The translations under genes were made by a program, and so were the position numbers. Shown here piece by piece: positions 17,638 through 27,678 of a stretch of DNA of 64,000 nt. Positions within the stretch are counted from its first letter, which is position 1. The number at the start of each line of letters is the position of its first letter. The notes below the pieces were generated by a model, which saw only the letters and a program-made list of their open reading frames with translations, had not been told where the DNA came from and did no database searches. Source of the DNA: Hyphomicrobiales bacterium (lineage in GTDB: Bacteria > Pseudomonadota > Alphaproteobacteria > Rhizobiales > Aestuariivirgaceae); assembly GCA_046349315.1 (NCBI GenBank), contig JAXMCQ010000005.1, positions 161,701 through 225,700 on the forward strand. The letters are read 5' to 3'.

Positions 17638-20057
17638 GACTTCAATCGCTCCATCTTCGGATCGTAAAGCACGCGCGGACCGCGCTTTGCCTGATAGGGC
17701 GTGCCGAAGGCCTCGATCCGGAAATCGCTTTCATTCGCAATCGCGACCGGCAGATAGCCGAACGCGATGGTTTTCCCGAGCGTGTGGCCGAAATTCGTAC
17801 TCGTCACGGAGCCAACGACATCTCCCTCATGGAAGATCGCTTCTCCGCCATGTAATGGTGCAAAGCCGCCAATGGTGAAGGACACGAGCTTGCGCTTCGG
17901 GCCGTCCTGCTTGATGCGCGAGAGGGCATCGTGACCGATGAACTCACCCTTCTCCAATGCCACCGCGAAGCCAAGGCCCGCTTCATACGGGTTGTAGTCA
18001 GGCCCGATATCGCCCGACCAATAGAGATAGCCCTTCTCCATCCGGCAGGTATCAATCGCCCGGTAGCCGGCATTGGCGATGCCATGCGCCTGCCCCGCCG
18101 CCCACAAACTCTCGTAGACATGGGCGGCATAGTCCTGCCGGATATAGAGCTCATAACCGAGTTCGCCGACATAGCCGATGCGCGCTGCCGAGACGCGCGC
18201 ATTGCCGACTTCGAAACGTTTGATCTTCTGGAACGGAAAGGCCGCGTTCGAGATATCCTCGTCCGTGACGGATTGGAGGATCTCGCGCGATTTGGGCCCG
18301 CAGATATTAATCGTCGCCCAGACTTCGGTGACATCCCGCAGATTGGCCGTGCCATCCTTCGGCAGATGCCGCGTGATCCACTGGGCATCGCGCACGCCGA
18401 AACCCGATCCGGTAATGACGAAGACGAAATCGTCATCGACATTGAACACCGTGACATCGGCCTCGATGCCGCCCTTTTCATTGCAGAGCTGGGTGTAGAC
18501 GGCACGGTCGCGCTCACCCATGAGATCATTGGCAGCGATGCGCTGCATGGCGGCAAGCGCGTTCTTGCCGGAGATTTCGAGAACCGCAAACGACGTCTGG
18601 TCGATGAGCGCCGCCCGCTCGCGGATGGCGCGATGTTCCGCCGCGACGGCGTCAAACCAGTTGGGCTTGCCTTCGAAGGAGGGAACATCGCGCGGCTCGA
18701 AACCTGCCGTCGCAAACCAGTTGGGCCGCTCCCAGCCGAATTTCGATCCATAGACGGCGCCCTTATCCTTGAGGATCGCATAGAGCGGCGAACGCCTGAG
18801 GCCCCGCCCTGCATGCGATTCCTCGCCCGGCCAGTGGATCTTGTAATAGGCGCCATAGGCCTCGACGGCCCGCTCTTCGAGATAGCGGCCTTGTGCATGG
18901 AGCGCACCGAAGCGGCGCACGTCGAACGGCCACAGATCCATGCCGGCATCGCCGTGAAGGATCGTATTCGCCATGGCGAGCCCGGCTCCGCCCGATGCCG
19001 CAATGCCAGCCGTGAATCCACAGGCGACATAGAAATTGTCGAGCTCGGGTGCCAAGCCCATGATCGGCTCGCCATCGGCCGAAACTGGGATCGGCCCGTT
19101 GATGACCGTCTGGATGCCGATTTCGTTGAGCACCGGCAGCCGCTCCGTGGCAGGAAGTGCAAAGAGTTCGAGCCGCTCCATGTTCGGCTCGAACAATTCA
19201 CGGCCGAAATCGAGCGGCGGCATGCCGCGCCAGCAGCCTCTCGAACCGTCCTCCCAGCCGCCGATCGCGAAGGCACCGGTATCGGGCTTGAGATAGAAAT
19301 TCTTGTCGGGATCGCGCAGCGTCGTCAGATCGGCCGCGAGATCAAGCTTCTTCTCGGTGAGAAAATACTGGTGCTCGACAATGCCGGCGGCGAGCGGAAC
19401 GCCGGCCATGGCGCCGACGCGCTTCGCCCAAAGCCCGGCGCAATTCACGAGAATATCGCAGCCGATATTGCCGCCATTCGTTACCACCCCGACGGCGCGC
19501 CGGCCTGCAGTCGCGATCTCCTCGACGCACACACCCTCCTCGATGCGTGCACCATGCATGCGGGCTCCCTTGGCATAGGCCATGGTCAGCGAATAGGGAT
19601 CGATATAGCCGTCGCCCGGTATGAAGGCCGCGCCTTCGATCCCGTCAGTAATGATATAGGGAAAGCGCGCCTTCGCCTCAGCTGCGGTCAGCGAAAAGCA
19701 TTCGACACCGAAACTCTTGGCCTGCGTCATTGAGCGGCGGATTTCGCTCCAGCGGTCACGGCTGCCGGCAAGGCGCAACGAGCCGACCTTCTTCCAGGAA
19801 ATCGGCTGGCCGGTCTCGGCTTCGAGCCGATCGAAGACGGCGACCGAATTCTGCATGAGCCGTGTCAGGTTCTTCTTGCCGCGCAACTGCCCGACAAGAC
19901 CGGCGGCATGCCATGTGCAGCCATGGGTGAGCTGCGCCTTCTCGACGAGCAAAACGTCCTTGGCGCCGTCGCGCGCCAGATGATAGGCAAGCGACGTGCC
20001 GATCGCGCCGCCGCCGATGATGAGGATATGGACGTGGCGGTCCGCGCGGAAACTCAC
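17634..20057 (-). CDS. FAD-dependent oxidoreductase fused to GcvT-like folate-binding domain (dimethylglycine/sarcosine dehydrogenase family), copy 2
   Basis: 807 aa with FAD fold ILIIGGGAIGTSLAYHLA, motif CTWHAAGL, and a C-terminal aminomethyltransferase-like region. The GTG start overlaps the upstream stop. Confidence 0.88.
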   Translation of the reverse strand: MSFRADRHVHILIIGGGAIGTSLAYHLARDGAKDVLLVEKAQLTHGCTWHAAGLVGQLRGKKNLTRLMQNSVAVFDRLEAETGQPISWKKVGSLRLAGSRDRWSEIRRSMTQAKSFGVECFSLTAAEAKARFPYIITDGIEGAAFIPGDGYIDPYSLTMAYAKGARMHGARIEEGVCVEEIATAGRRAVGVVTNGGNIGCDILVNCAGLWAKRVGAMAGVPLAAGIVEHQYFLTEKKLDLAADLTTLRDPDKNFYLKPDTGAFAIGGWEDGSRGCWRGMPPLDFGRELFEPNMERLELFALPATERLPVLNEIGIQTVINGPIPVSADGEPIMGLAPELDNFYVACGFTAGIAASGGAGLAMANTILHGDAGMDLWPFDVRRFGALHAQGRYLEERAVEAYGAYYKIHWPGEESHAGRGLRRSPLYAILKDKGAVYGSKFGWERPNWFATAGFEPRDVPSFEGKPNWFDAVAAEHRAIRERAALIDQTSFAVLEISGKNALAAMQRIAANDLMGERDRAVYTQLCNEKGGIEADVTVFNVDDDFVFVITGSGFGVRDAQWITRHLPKDGTANLRDVTEVWATINICGPKSREILQSVTDEDISNAAFPFQKIKRFEVGNARVSAARIGYVGELGYELYIRQDYAAHVYESLWAAGQAHGIANAGYRAIDTCRMEKGYLYWSGDIGPDYNPYEAGLGFAVALEKGEFIGHDALSRIKQDGPKRKLVSFTIGGFAPLHGGEAIFHEGDVVGSVTSTNFGHTLGKTIAFGYLPVAIANESDFRIEAFGTPYQAKRGPRVLYDPKMERLKS

Positions 20058-22501
20058 GCCTTCACCCTTTCATTCTTCGGATCGTAAAGCGCCTCGAGAT
20101 GAACCGTTGCCGGCACCTTCTCCTTGGCGACGACGAGTTCATACTTGCCGGAGCGGATGTAATCCTCATTTACCCCGCCGCCATTACGCACATAGCCGAA
20201 GCCTATCGGCTTGCCGATTGTGTAGCCATAACCGCCGCTGGTGAGATAGCCGGCAAAGGCGCCGTCGCGCAGGATCGTCTCGCGACCGAGCAGAACGACA
20301 TTCGGATCGAGCGTGGTGAAGCCGACGAGTTTCTTCGGCAGGGCCGAATTGGCGATCCTCTCGCACGCCTCGCGGCCCAGGAATGATTGACCGCCTTTAA
20401 GCTTCACCGCCCAGCCGAGCCCTGCCTGGAAGGGATCGTCATTGGCGGTAATGTCGGAACTCCAGGCGCGATAGCCCTTCTCGAGACGCAAGGCTTCGAG
20501 CGCGCGATAGCCCGTGGGCCGCGAGCCAAGCGGCTCTCCCACCATCATCAGGGCATCGAAGATCTCGCCGGCCGCACCGATCGGCATGTGCAATTCCCAA
20601 CCAAGCTCGCCCACATAGGTGACACGCAAGGCCCTCACCTTGTGCCCAGCAATGTCGATGATGCGCGCATGGCCGAACGGAAAACCGGCATTGGAGACAT
20701 CGCTGCTGGTCACGCGCGCCAGGATTTCTCGCGACCTGGGGCCCATCAGCGAGAGCGTACCCCAGGCTTCGGTGACATCCTCGATGTGGGCATCGAGGCC
20801 GGGTTTGATGTGATCGCGAATCCAGCCGAAATCATGGGTGCGGAATCCGGTGCCGGTGACGACGTAGAAATGATCGTCCGCCAATCGTGTGACGGTGAGA
20901 TCGCTTTCGATCCCGCCGCGCGAATTGAGCAATTGCGTGTAGATGACGCGGCCCGGCGCCTTGGCGATGTCATTCGCACAAATCCAGGAAAGCGCCGCTG
21001 CGGCATCCCGGCCCTTCACTTCGAACTTGGCGAAGGAGGATTGATCGAAGACGCCAGCCGCTTCGCGCACCGCGCGATGCTCGGCACCCACCGCATCGAA
21101 CCAGTTCTGACGCCCCATGACATAGATGTCCTTGGGCTCCACACCCTTGGGCGCGAACCAGTTGGGGCGCTCCCAGCCGAGCTTCGAGCCGAAGCAGGCA
21201 TTGCGCGCTTTCAACCGCTCATAGAGCGGCGACACGATGCGTGGCCGCCCGCTCCCATACTCCTCATGCGGAAAGCCAATCGTGTAGTGCTTGGCGCAAG
21301 CCTCAAGCGTGCGGGCGCAAACCCAATCACGATCCTTGTGGAGATCGGAGAAGCGCCGGATATCGACCACCCAGAGATCCATCGGCGCTTCGCCGGTCTT
21401 CGCCCATTGTGCGAGAACCCAGCCCGCGCCGCCGGCGCTTGCGATGCCGAAGGCATTGAAGCCGGCGCCGACATAGAAATTCTTCAATTCCGGCGCGGCA
21501 CCAAGAATGAAGTTGCCATCCGGCGTGAAGCTTTCCGGCCCGTGGATCATCTTCTTGATGCCGGTCTGGCCGAGTGCCGGCACGCGGGCCAGTGCTTGGC
21601 CCATATGCTGCTCGAAATGGTCCCAGTCATCCTCGAACAGCTGAAACTCGAAATTGTTCGGCACATCGCCAAGCGTCCAGGCGACGGGATCGGGCTCGTA
21701 GCCGCCAAAGACGAGCCCGCCGACCTCTTCCTTGAAATAGGTGCGCCGGTCGGGATCGCGGATCGTCGCCACGTCGGTGGCAAGGCCATCGACTTTCTCG
21801 GTGATCACATATTGGTGCTTCACCGGCTGCAAGGGAACCGAAACGCCGGCCAAGGCGCCGATCTGCCTCGCCCACTGGCCGCCGCAATTGACGACCGTTT
21901 CGCAGGTGATCCGCCCCTGGTTGGTGACGACCGCGACGACGCGGCCTTCCTTGATCTCGAAGCCTTCGACGCGGACTCCCTCGATGAGCCGTGCGCCATG
22001 CATGCGCGCGCCCTTGGCCAATGACTGGGTAATGTCCGATGGGCTCGCCTGCCCGTCGGTCGGAAGGAAGGTCGAGCCGACGAGGTCGCTCGTATCGAGC
22101 AGGGGCCAAAGCTTCTTCGTTTCGTCCGGCGACAGCAAATGCATGTCCATGCCGAAGCTCTGCGCCGTTGTCGCCAGGCGCTTGAACTCCGTCCAGCGAT
22201 CCTCGTTGCAGGCGAGACGCAGGCAGCCGGTCATCTTCCAGCCGGTCTCGAGCCCCGTTTCCTTGTCCAATCGCTTATAGAGATCGACCGAATATTTGAG
22301 GACCTGGGTAATCGAAGCGGAAGACCGCAACTGGCCGACAAGACCTGCCGCATGCCAGGTCGAGCCCGATGTCAGCTTGTTCTGTTCGAGGAGGACGACA
22401 TCGGCCTTATGATCGCGGGCCAGATGATAAGCGGTCGAGCAGCCGATGATGCCGCCGCCGATCACTACGATCTCGGCGCGATCCGGAATTCCCTGTGTCA
22501 T
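20054..22501 (-). CDS. FAD-dependent oxidoreductase fused to GcvT-like folate-binding domain (dimethylglycine/sarcosine dehydrogenase family), copy 1
   Basis: 815 aa with VVIGGGIIGCSTAYHLA and STWHAAGL. It is a clear paralog of 17634-20057. Its ATG overlaps the upstream stop (22498-22501). Confidence 0.88.
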   Translation of the reverse strand: MTQGIPDRAEIVVIGGGIIGCSTAYHLARDHKADVVLLEQNKLTSGSTWHAAGLVGQLRSSASITQVLKYSVDLYKRLDKETGLETGWKMTGCLRLACNEDRWTEFKRLATTAQSFGMDMHLLSPDETKKLWPLLDTSDLVGSTFLPTDGQASPSDITQSLAKGARMHGARLIEGVRVEGFEIKEGRVVAVVTNQGRITCETVVNCGGQWARQIGALAGVSVPLQPVKHQYVITEKVDGLATDVATIRDPDRRTYFKEEVGGLVFGGYEPDPVAWTLGDVPNNFEFQLFEDDWDHFEQHMGQALARVPALGQTGIKKMIHGPESFTPDGNFILGAAPELKNFYVGAGFNAFGIASAGGAGWVLAQWAKTGEAPMDLWVVDIRRFSDLHKDRDWVCARTLEACAKHYTIGFPHEEYGSGRPRIVSPLYERLKARNACFGSKLGWERPNWFAPKGVEPKDIYVMGRQNWFDAVGAEHRAVREAAGVFDQSSFAKFEVKGRDAAAALSWICANDIAKAPGRVIYTQLLNSRGGIESDLTVTRLADDHFYVVTGTGFRTHDFGWIRDHIKPGLDAHIEDVTEAWGTLSLMGPRSREILARVTSSDVSNAGFPFGHARIIDIAGHKVRALRVTYVGELGWELHMPIGAAGEIFDALMMVGEPLGSRPTGYRALEALRLEKGYRAWSSDITANDDPFQAGLGWAVKLKGGQSFLGREACERIANSALPKKLVGFTTLDPNVVLLGRETILRDGAFAGYLTSGGYGYTIGKPIGFGYVRNGGGVNEDYIRSGKYELVVAKEKVPATVHLEALYDPKNERVKA

Positions 22502-23385
22502 AGCTTCCCATATTTGAATTCATATCCCGCCAGCATGTTCTCAAACCGGTCGCGATACTCTTCCGCATAGGCGACGTAGTCGACGCCGGGGGCATTGAGA
22601 TAGAGTTCCGAAATCATGCCCCACATCGATTCGCGTAAAGCCGACGCCGTTTTCATGGCATCGAAGCTGCGCCAGAGGGACTCGTCGGCCCTCTTGCCGA
22701 AATAGGTCTCGAGCAATACCTGCTCTTCCGTTCTCCCGAAGGAATTATTCGCAGCAATATTGGCAAGGTCGAACATCGCCGTGCCGAAGGCGCCATATTC
22801 CCAATCGATGAGCCACAAGCGCTTGCCGTCATCCATGAAATTGGTCGGCAACAGATCGTGATGACCGAAGACGATCGGAAGCGGCACTTGCGCGGCTTCG
22901 AGCTTCTCGCAGATTTCAAGCCAGCGCGGCAGATCGGGAACATGCCGATGATTGGCAATCTTCAAAGTATTGGCATAGTCGCGCAGCACGTGGAATACCC
23001 AGAAAATCGATCCAGGGCCCGTCATCCGCTTGCCGAGTTCGCGATGGCAGCGCTTGACGATCTCGACACAGCGCACTGAATTGGCGCGCACGTCGGTCTC
23101 GGTATAGGTGCGCGCCTTGATGTGGCGAACCACCATGATGCCCGGTTCGCTATAGATGAGCTCCGGCGAGAGCCCCGCCTCGAAGGCGGCGCGCGTCACA
23201 TGAAGTTCGCGCTCGCGGAAGACGTGATGGGCGGGATAGTCCTGGCCGACGCGCGCCACATAGGTGCCGGTATCGTCCCTGACGGTGAAGCTCGCATTGC
23301 TCACCCCACCGGTCAGCGGCTTGATGTCGATGGCGCCCTTCCACAACGAAAGGTCGCGCACGCGCTGTTCGGCGGTCTTGCTCAT
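22498..23385 (-). CDS. Choline/ethanolamine kinase family phosphotransferase (LicA/APH-like), copy 1
   Basis: ORF 22498..23547 trimmed to the ATG at 23383-23385, 8 nt after the permease stop. Motifs are FGHHDLLPTNFM and LIDWEYGAFG..MFDLANI. Confidence 0.82.
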   Translation of the reverse strand: MSKTAEQRVRDLSLWKGAIDIKPLTGGVSNASFTVRDDTGTYVARVGQDYPAHHVFRERELHVTRAAFEAGLSPELIYSEPGIMVVRHIKARTYTETDVRANSVRCVEIVKRCHRELGKRMTGPGSIFWVFHVLRDYANTLKIANHRHVPDLPRWLEICEKLEAAQVPLPIVFGHHDLLPTNFMDDGKRLWLIDWEYGAFGTAMFDLANIAANNSFGRTEEQVLLETYFGKRADESLWRSFDAMKTASALRESMWGMISELYLNAPGVDYVAYAEEYRDRFENMLAGYEFKYGKL

Positions 23386-23392
23386 GCTCGGC

Positions 23393-25375
23393 CTATGCGA
23401 TTCCCATTTTGCGCTTGCGCTTGGCGACCCAGGCGGTGATGAGCCGGTCGGCGATGATGCCGATGAAGGCGATCGCCAGACCCGCCACCAAGCCTCTGCC
23501 GGTATCGGCCTTGGACAAGGCCTTGAAAACTTCCTGGCCGAGATCACGCGTGCCGATCATGGCGCAGATGATGATCATGCTGAGGGCGAGCAGTATCGTC
23601 TGGTTGATGCCGAGCATGATTTCCGGAATGGCGACAGGCAATTGCACCCGCCAGAAGAGCTGGCGCTTGGTGCAGCCCGAAACGATCCCCGCTTCCATCA
23701 ATTCCTGCGGCACCTGGCGGAGGCCGTGATTGGTGTAGCGGATGGCGGGAACGATGGCGAAAGCGACGGTAGCGATCAAGGCCGTAAAATCACCGATGCG
23801 GAACAGCATCACCGCCGGAATGATGAAACAGAACATCGGGATCGTCTGTAGCGTATCGATGACCGGGGTCACGATCTTCTCGAAGCGGTCATGCCGCGAG
23901 GCCAGCACGCCGATCGGGATGCCAAGTGCCGCAGCGATGAAAGAGGCGGCGCCGCAAAGATAGAGCGTCGCCATGGTCTGGACCCAAAGCCCCGTCACCG
24001 CGCAGAAGCTTGCCAGCAATGCCACGACGAGGGCGAGCCGCCAGGTGCCCAGCCGATATCCGGCATAGGCGAGCGTGAGCATGACGCCGAGCCACGGCAG
24101 ACTTTCAAACAATGCCCGCAATGGATTGAGCACATAGATGAGGACCGCGACGCGCACGGCTTCGATTGCATCGAAGAAATGCAAGTTGACCCAATCGACA
24201 GCATCCTTCCACATCGGTCCCGTCGTGAAGGTGATTGCTTTGGGCACGGAAGCGAAGGCCGGGATCGCGATGCTGACCAGCGTTGTGACGACGAGAATGC
24301 CGAGCGCGATTGCCAAATTCGGATGACGTGTAAGGAATGAGGCCTTCACCTCCTTCTTGTCTTCATAACGCTGGACAGCGGCCGCCTGGCTGAGCCGATC
24401 GAGTACGATGGCCAGCACCACGATGCACAGTCCCGCCTCCATGGCGGGGCCGACTTTCAATGCACGAAGCGCCAGAAGGACGTCGTAGCCGAGACCCCCC
24501 GCTCCGATCATCGAGGAGATGATCACCATGTTGAGCGCCAGCATGATCACCTGGTTCACGCCAAGCATGAGCGAAGGCTTTGCCGCCGGCACCAGCACGC
24601 GCCACATCTTTTGCCGCCGGGTGCAGCCAGCCATGTCGGCGAAATCCTTTATCTCGGAAGGTATCTTTTCGAGACCGAGGATCGTCGCGCGCACCATCGG
24701 CGGTGTCGCGAAAAGGCCTGTCGCGAGCAACGCCGAGACCGGATTATTGCCGAACAGAAGCAACATCGGGATGAGATAGGCGAAGGTCGGAATCGTCTGC
24801 ATGAGATCGAGCGCCGGCGTGATGATGAGCTGGTTCGCGCGCGGCGATCGATAGCCCCAGATGCCGATCAGGAGGCCGGTGACGACGCAGATCGGGACGC
24901 AGACGACTATCAGCGCCAAGGTGAGCATGGCGCTGTCCCATTGCCGGAACAGGGCGATATAGAGAAAACCTATTCCGGCAAGGAGCGCCAACCGGATCCC
25001 ACCCAATGCATGGCCAAGCAAAGCCATCGCTGCGCAAATGCCGATCCAGGAAAGGCGCGGCAGTATCACTGACCAGTCGCCGATGACGAACTTGTAGCTC
25101 TTCGCTAACAGCGCAAAGGAAACCTGCAACGGCACATTGATGATCGCGACGAGGCTGCGCGTGAACCACGTGAAGTTCACCTTCACCCAGTTCATGAAAG
25201 CGCTGATCCAATCCGCGAAGGGAAAGACCAGATGGTCAGGGTAGTCGGAGCCGCCGGGGATTATATAAGCCAGCACGAAGGCAGCGACGATGACGCTAAG
25301 CGTCATTGCGATGCGACTCGCTGGGTGTGCGGGTGGCAGCGCGTGGCGCGCATCGCTGAGGACGGCCTCGCTCAC
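23393..25375 (-). CDS. Quaternary-amine (glycine betaine/choline type) ABC transporter permease, fused two-module ProW-like
   Basis: 660 aa and highly hydrophobic, with two tandem permease modules. The GTG start overlaps the ATPase stop (GTGA at 25372-25375). Confidence 0.85.
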   Translation of the reverse strand: MSEAVLSDARHALPPAHPASRIAMTLSVIVAAFVLAYIIPGGSDYPDHLVFPFADWISAFMNWVKVNFTWFTRSLVAIINVPLQVSFALLAKSYKFVIGDWSVILPRLSWIGICAAMALLGHALGGIRLALLAGIGFLYIALFRQWDSAMLTLALIVVCVPICVVTGLLIGIWGYRSPRANQLIITPALDLMQTIPTFAYLIPMLLLFGNNPVSALLATGLFATPPMVRATILGLEKIPSEIKDFADMAGCTRRQKMWRVLVPAAKPSLMLGVNQVIMLALNMVIISSMIGAGGLGYDVLLALRALKVGPAMEAGLCIVVLAIVLDRLSQAAAVQRYEDKKEVKASFLTRHPNLAIALGILVVTTLVSIAIPAFASVPKAITFTTGPMWKDAVDWVNLHFFDAIEAVRVAVLIYVLNPLRALFESLPWLGVMLTLAYAGYRLGTWRLALVVALLASFCAVTGLWVQTMATLYLCGAASFIAAALGIPIGVLASRHDRFEKIVTPVIDTLQTIPMFCFIIPAVMLFRIGDFTALIATVAFAIVPAIRYTNHGLRQVPQELMEAGIVSGCTKRQLFWRVQLPVAIPEIMLGINQTILLALSMIIICAMIGTRDLGQEVFKALSKADTGRGLVAGLAIAFIGIIADRLITAWVAKRKRKMGIA

Positions 25376-26435
25376 GGGCGAAGACCTGCCTGATCGCGTC
25401 CGGCCAGAAGATCGATCACGGCCTTGGGCGAAATCTCGCCAACCGTCTTGCCTGCGTCATCGACGACGGCGAAGGGAAGATCAGAGGCCACGATCTCAGG
25501 CGCAAAGCTTGCGACCTTGGCGACGGCCGTGACCGTCCCGCCATGCCTCGCTTCAGCCGCACTGGGCCGCATAAGGCTTTGCGCCGAGAGCACCTTGGCG
25601 CGATTAACATCACGGGTGAACTCGGCGACATAATCGGTCGCAGGATGCGTGACGAGTTCTTCCGGCGTGCCGATCTGGATGATCTCACCATCCTTCATAA
25701 TAGCGATGCGATCGGCCAACCGGATCGCTTCGTCGAAGTCATGCGTGATGAAGATGATCGTCTTCTTGAGCACGCCCTGCAGCCGCATCAATTCGGCCTG
25801 CATCTCGCGCCGGATCAAAGGATCGAGCGCGGAGAAAGGCTCGTCGAGAAACCAGATCTCCGGCGCCACCGCCAGTGAACGCGCAATGCCGACGCGCTGC
25901 TGCTGGCCCCGGATAATTCCCGCGGATAGTGGCTTTCGCGCCCGGTAAGGCCGACAAGGTCGATCATCTCGCGCGCGCTTCAATCGCTTCAGCTTGTCGA
26001 CGCCCTGGACGGCCAACGGAAAGGCGACATTCTCGATGACGGTCAGATGCGGCAGCAGCGCGAAATGCTGGAACACCATGCCCATCTTGTGACGGCGGAT
26101 TTCGATGAGTTGCGCTTCGCTCGCCTTCAAAAGATCGCGGCCGTCGAAAACGACATCGCCAAGGTCGGCTCGATGAGTCGCGACAGGCAGCGCACGAGCG
26201 TCGACTTGCCGGACCCCGAAAGTCCCATGACAATGAATATCTCGCCCTCGTTCACATCGAGGCTGGCGCGCCGAACCGCACCGATCAGCTTGGCTTGCGC
26301 AAGATCGCTCGAACCGGCTTCGCCGCGACGTTCGCGCATGAACGCATCGGCGCCGGGACCGAACACCTTCCAGAGATTTCGGCAGGAGAGCTTAGGCCTT
26401 GAACTATCGGCGGCGCGCGGCGTCGCACGAGTCAT
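25372..26435 (-). pseudogene. ProV/OpuAA-like ABC ATPase disrupted by three indels
   Basis: The N-terminal piece (ATG 26435, Walker A GLSGSGKSTLVRCL) stops at 26127-26129. Reading GDVVFDGRDLLKASEAQL requires a 1-nt shift at ~26161. A second and third shift (CG repeat 25969-25978, C4 run 25907-25910) garble MIDLVGLTGRESHYPRELSGG into DDRPCRPYRARKPLSAGIIRG, which destroys the LSGGQ signature. Confidence 0.8.
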
Positions 26436-26511
26436 GCGAAGTGTCCTTGAGCAGAATGGTCGTCGCGTGGAAAGCAAAAGGCCGGGCGCCAATGACGCCC
26501 GGCCCTGATGA

Positions 26512-27474
26512 TCACTGCGCCCAGGCCTTCCACTTGGCCTCGTTGTCCGTCACCCACTTAGCGGCAACGTCGTCGATCGTCTTGCCTTCGAGATCGACTT
26601 CAGCCGAGAGCTTGTTCAGCTCGTTGACGTCGATTTGATAGGCCTGCGCAACCTTGTGGGCGAGCGGCCACTTGTCCTTCATGCCGGCCCAGGAGTACTT
26701 CCAGATCTCGCCATGCGGCTTGCCGCAATCATGGGCCTTGTCCGGATTGATGCCCCACTTCGGATCGGTATAGCATTCGGGCGTATATTCGGGGAATTGC
26801 ACCCATTCGCCTTCATACTTCGAAGGCGCCCAATGCGGCGAGTAGATCCACAGCATGATCGGCGCCTTGCGCTGATAGGCCGAATCGAGTTCGGCGAACA
26901 TCGCCGCGTCGGTTCCGGCATGGATGACGGTGAAGGGAAGACCCAAGGCCTCGACGCGTTCATCATCGAAGCCTTCCCAAGTCACCGGACCGCCAACATA
27001 GCGGCCCTTGGGCGCCGTTTCGGCGGTCGAGAAGGCTTCGGCGCATTTCGGATCCTTTAGCGCTTCCCAATTGGGCAGTCCCGGGCACTTCTCTTTCATG
27101 TAGAGCGGATACCACCACTCTTCTTTTGCCTTCGGCCCGAGCATGCCGAGCTTTTCCGTTTGCCCGGTCGCGTCCGAGGCCTTCATCGCCTCGCCGGCCG
27201 TCGTATCCCAGAATTCGAGGCCGACGGTGAGGTCGCCATTGGTGAGGCCGGTGGTCAGGCTCGAAAGATAATCGGCCGTCGGATACTCGACCGTGTAGCC
27301 GAGCTTCTCGAGGATTCCGCCAAGGATCTTGGCGTTGATATTGACGCTGGTCCAGTCGAACTGGGCGATTTTGATCGGATCGTTCGATTCGACCGCCTGT
27401 GCTGCGGGTGCAAAGCACAACGCAGCCGAGACGGCCAAGGCGCTCAACGCGCCGGCAAGGCGTAGCTTCATCAT
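26512..27474 (-). CDS. Glycine betaine/choline-type ABC substrate-binding protein (ProX/OpuAC-like)
   Basis: ORF 26512..27852 trimmed to the ATGATG at 27469-27474, which has a GGAGGAAGG SD. Signal peptide is MMKLRLAGALSALAVSAALCFAPAAQA. The mature protein is Trp-rich. Confidence 0.85.
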   Translation of the reverse strand: MMKLRLAGALSALAVSAALCFAPAAQAVESNDPIKIAQFDWTSVNINAKILGGILEKLGYTVEYPTADYLSSLTTGLTNGDLTVGLEFWDTTAGEAMKASDATGQTEKLGMLGPKAKEEWWYPLYMKEKCPGLPNWEALKDPKCAEAFSTAETAPKGRYVGGPVTWEGFDDERVEALGLPFTVIHAGTDAAMFAELDSAYQRKAPIMLWIYSPHWAPSKYEGEWVQFPEYTPECYTDPKWGINPDKAHDCGKPHGEIWKYSWAGMKDKWPLAHKVAQAYQIDVNELNKLSAEVDLEGKTIDDVAAKWVTDNEAKWKAWAQ

Positions 27475-27634
27475 AGGGGTACCTTCCTCCTGCAGCTGCA
27501 CAGTTCTCCGATGCCCGACACGGCAAGGGCGCGCAGTCGCAAACAGTCTCCGGCGCAATCGCAACTCTGTCAATCGGGCCGCAGGGGTAAACTGTGGGTT
27601 TTTGTGAGTTTGGCTGCAAAATTCTTGATTGCAC

Positions 27635-27670
27635 GCCCGATTTGTGTGCGAATGCTCGCAAAAATCGGGC
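27635..27670. promoter_or_regulatory. Inverted repeat gcccgattt-N18-aaatcgggc in the DeoR / ABC divergent promoter region
   Basis: Perfect 9-bp arms at 27635-27643 and 27662-27670, immediately upstream of the DeoR start. Confidence 0.4.
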
Positions 27671-27678
27671 AAAACCAC

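Noticed and set aside
17804-22024. Several long alternative-frame or antisense ORFs (17804..19276, 17931..19733, 20387..22024) across the two dehydrogenase genes
   Set aside because: They have Ser/Arg/Pro-rich composition and no motifs. The annotated frames give full-length DAO+GcvT proteins that are paralogous to each other.
27620-27630. 11-mer aattcttgatt shared by the DeoR-side promoter region and the 34623-34635 promoter region
   Set aside because: Hundreds of chance 11-mer matches are expected in a 64-kb window, so there is no further support.
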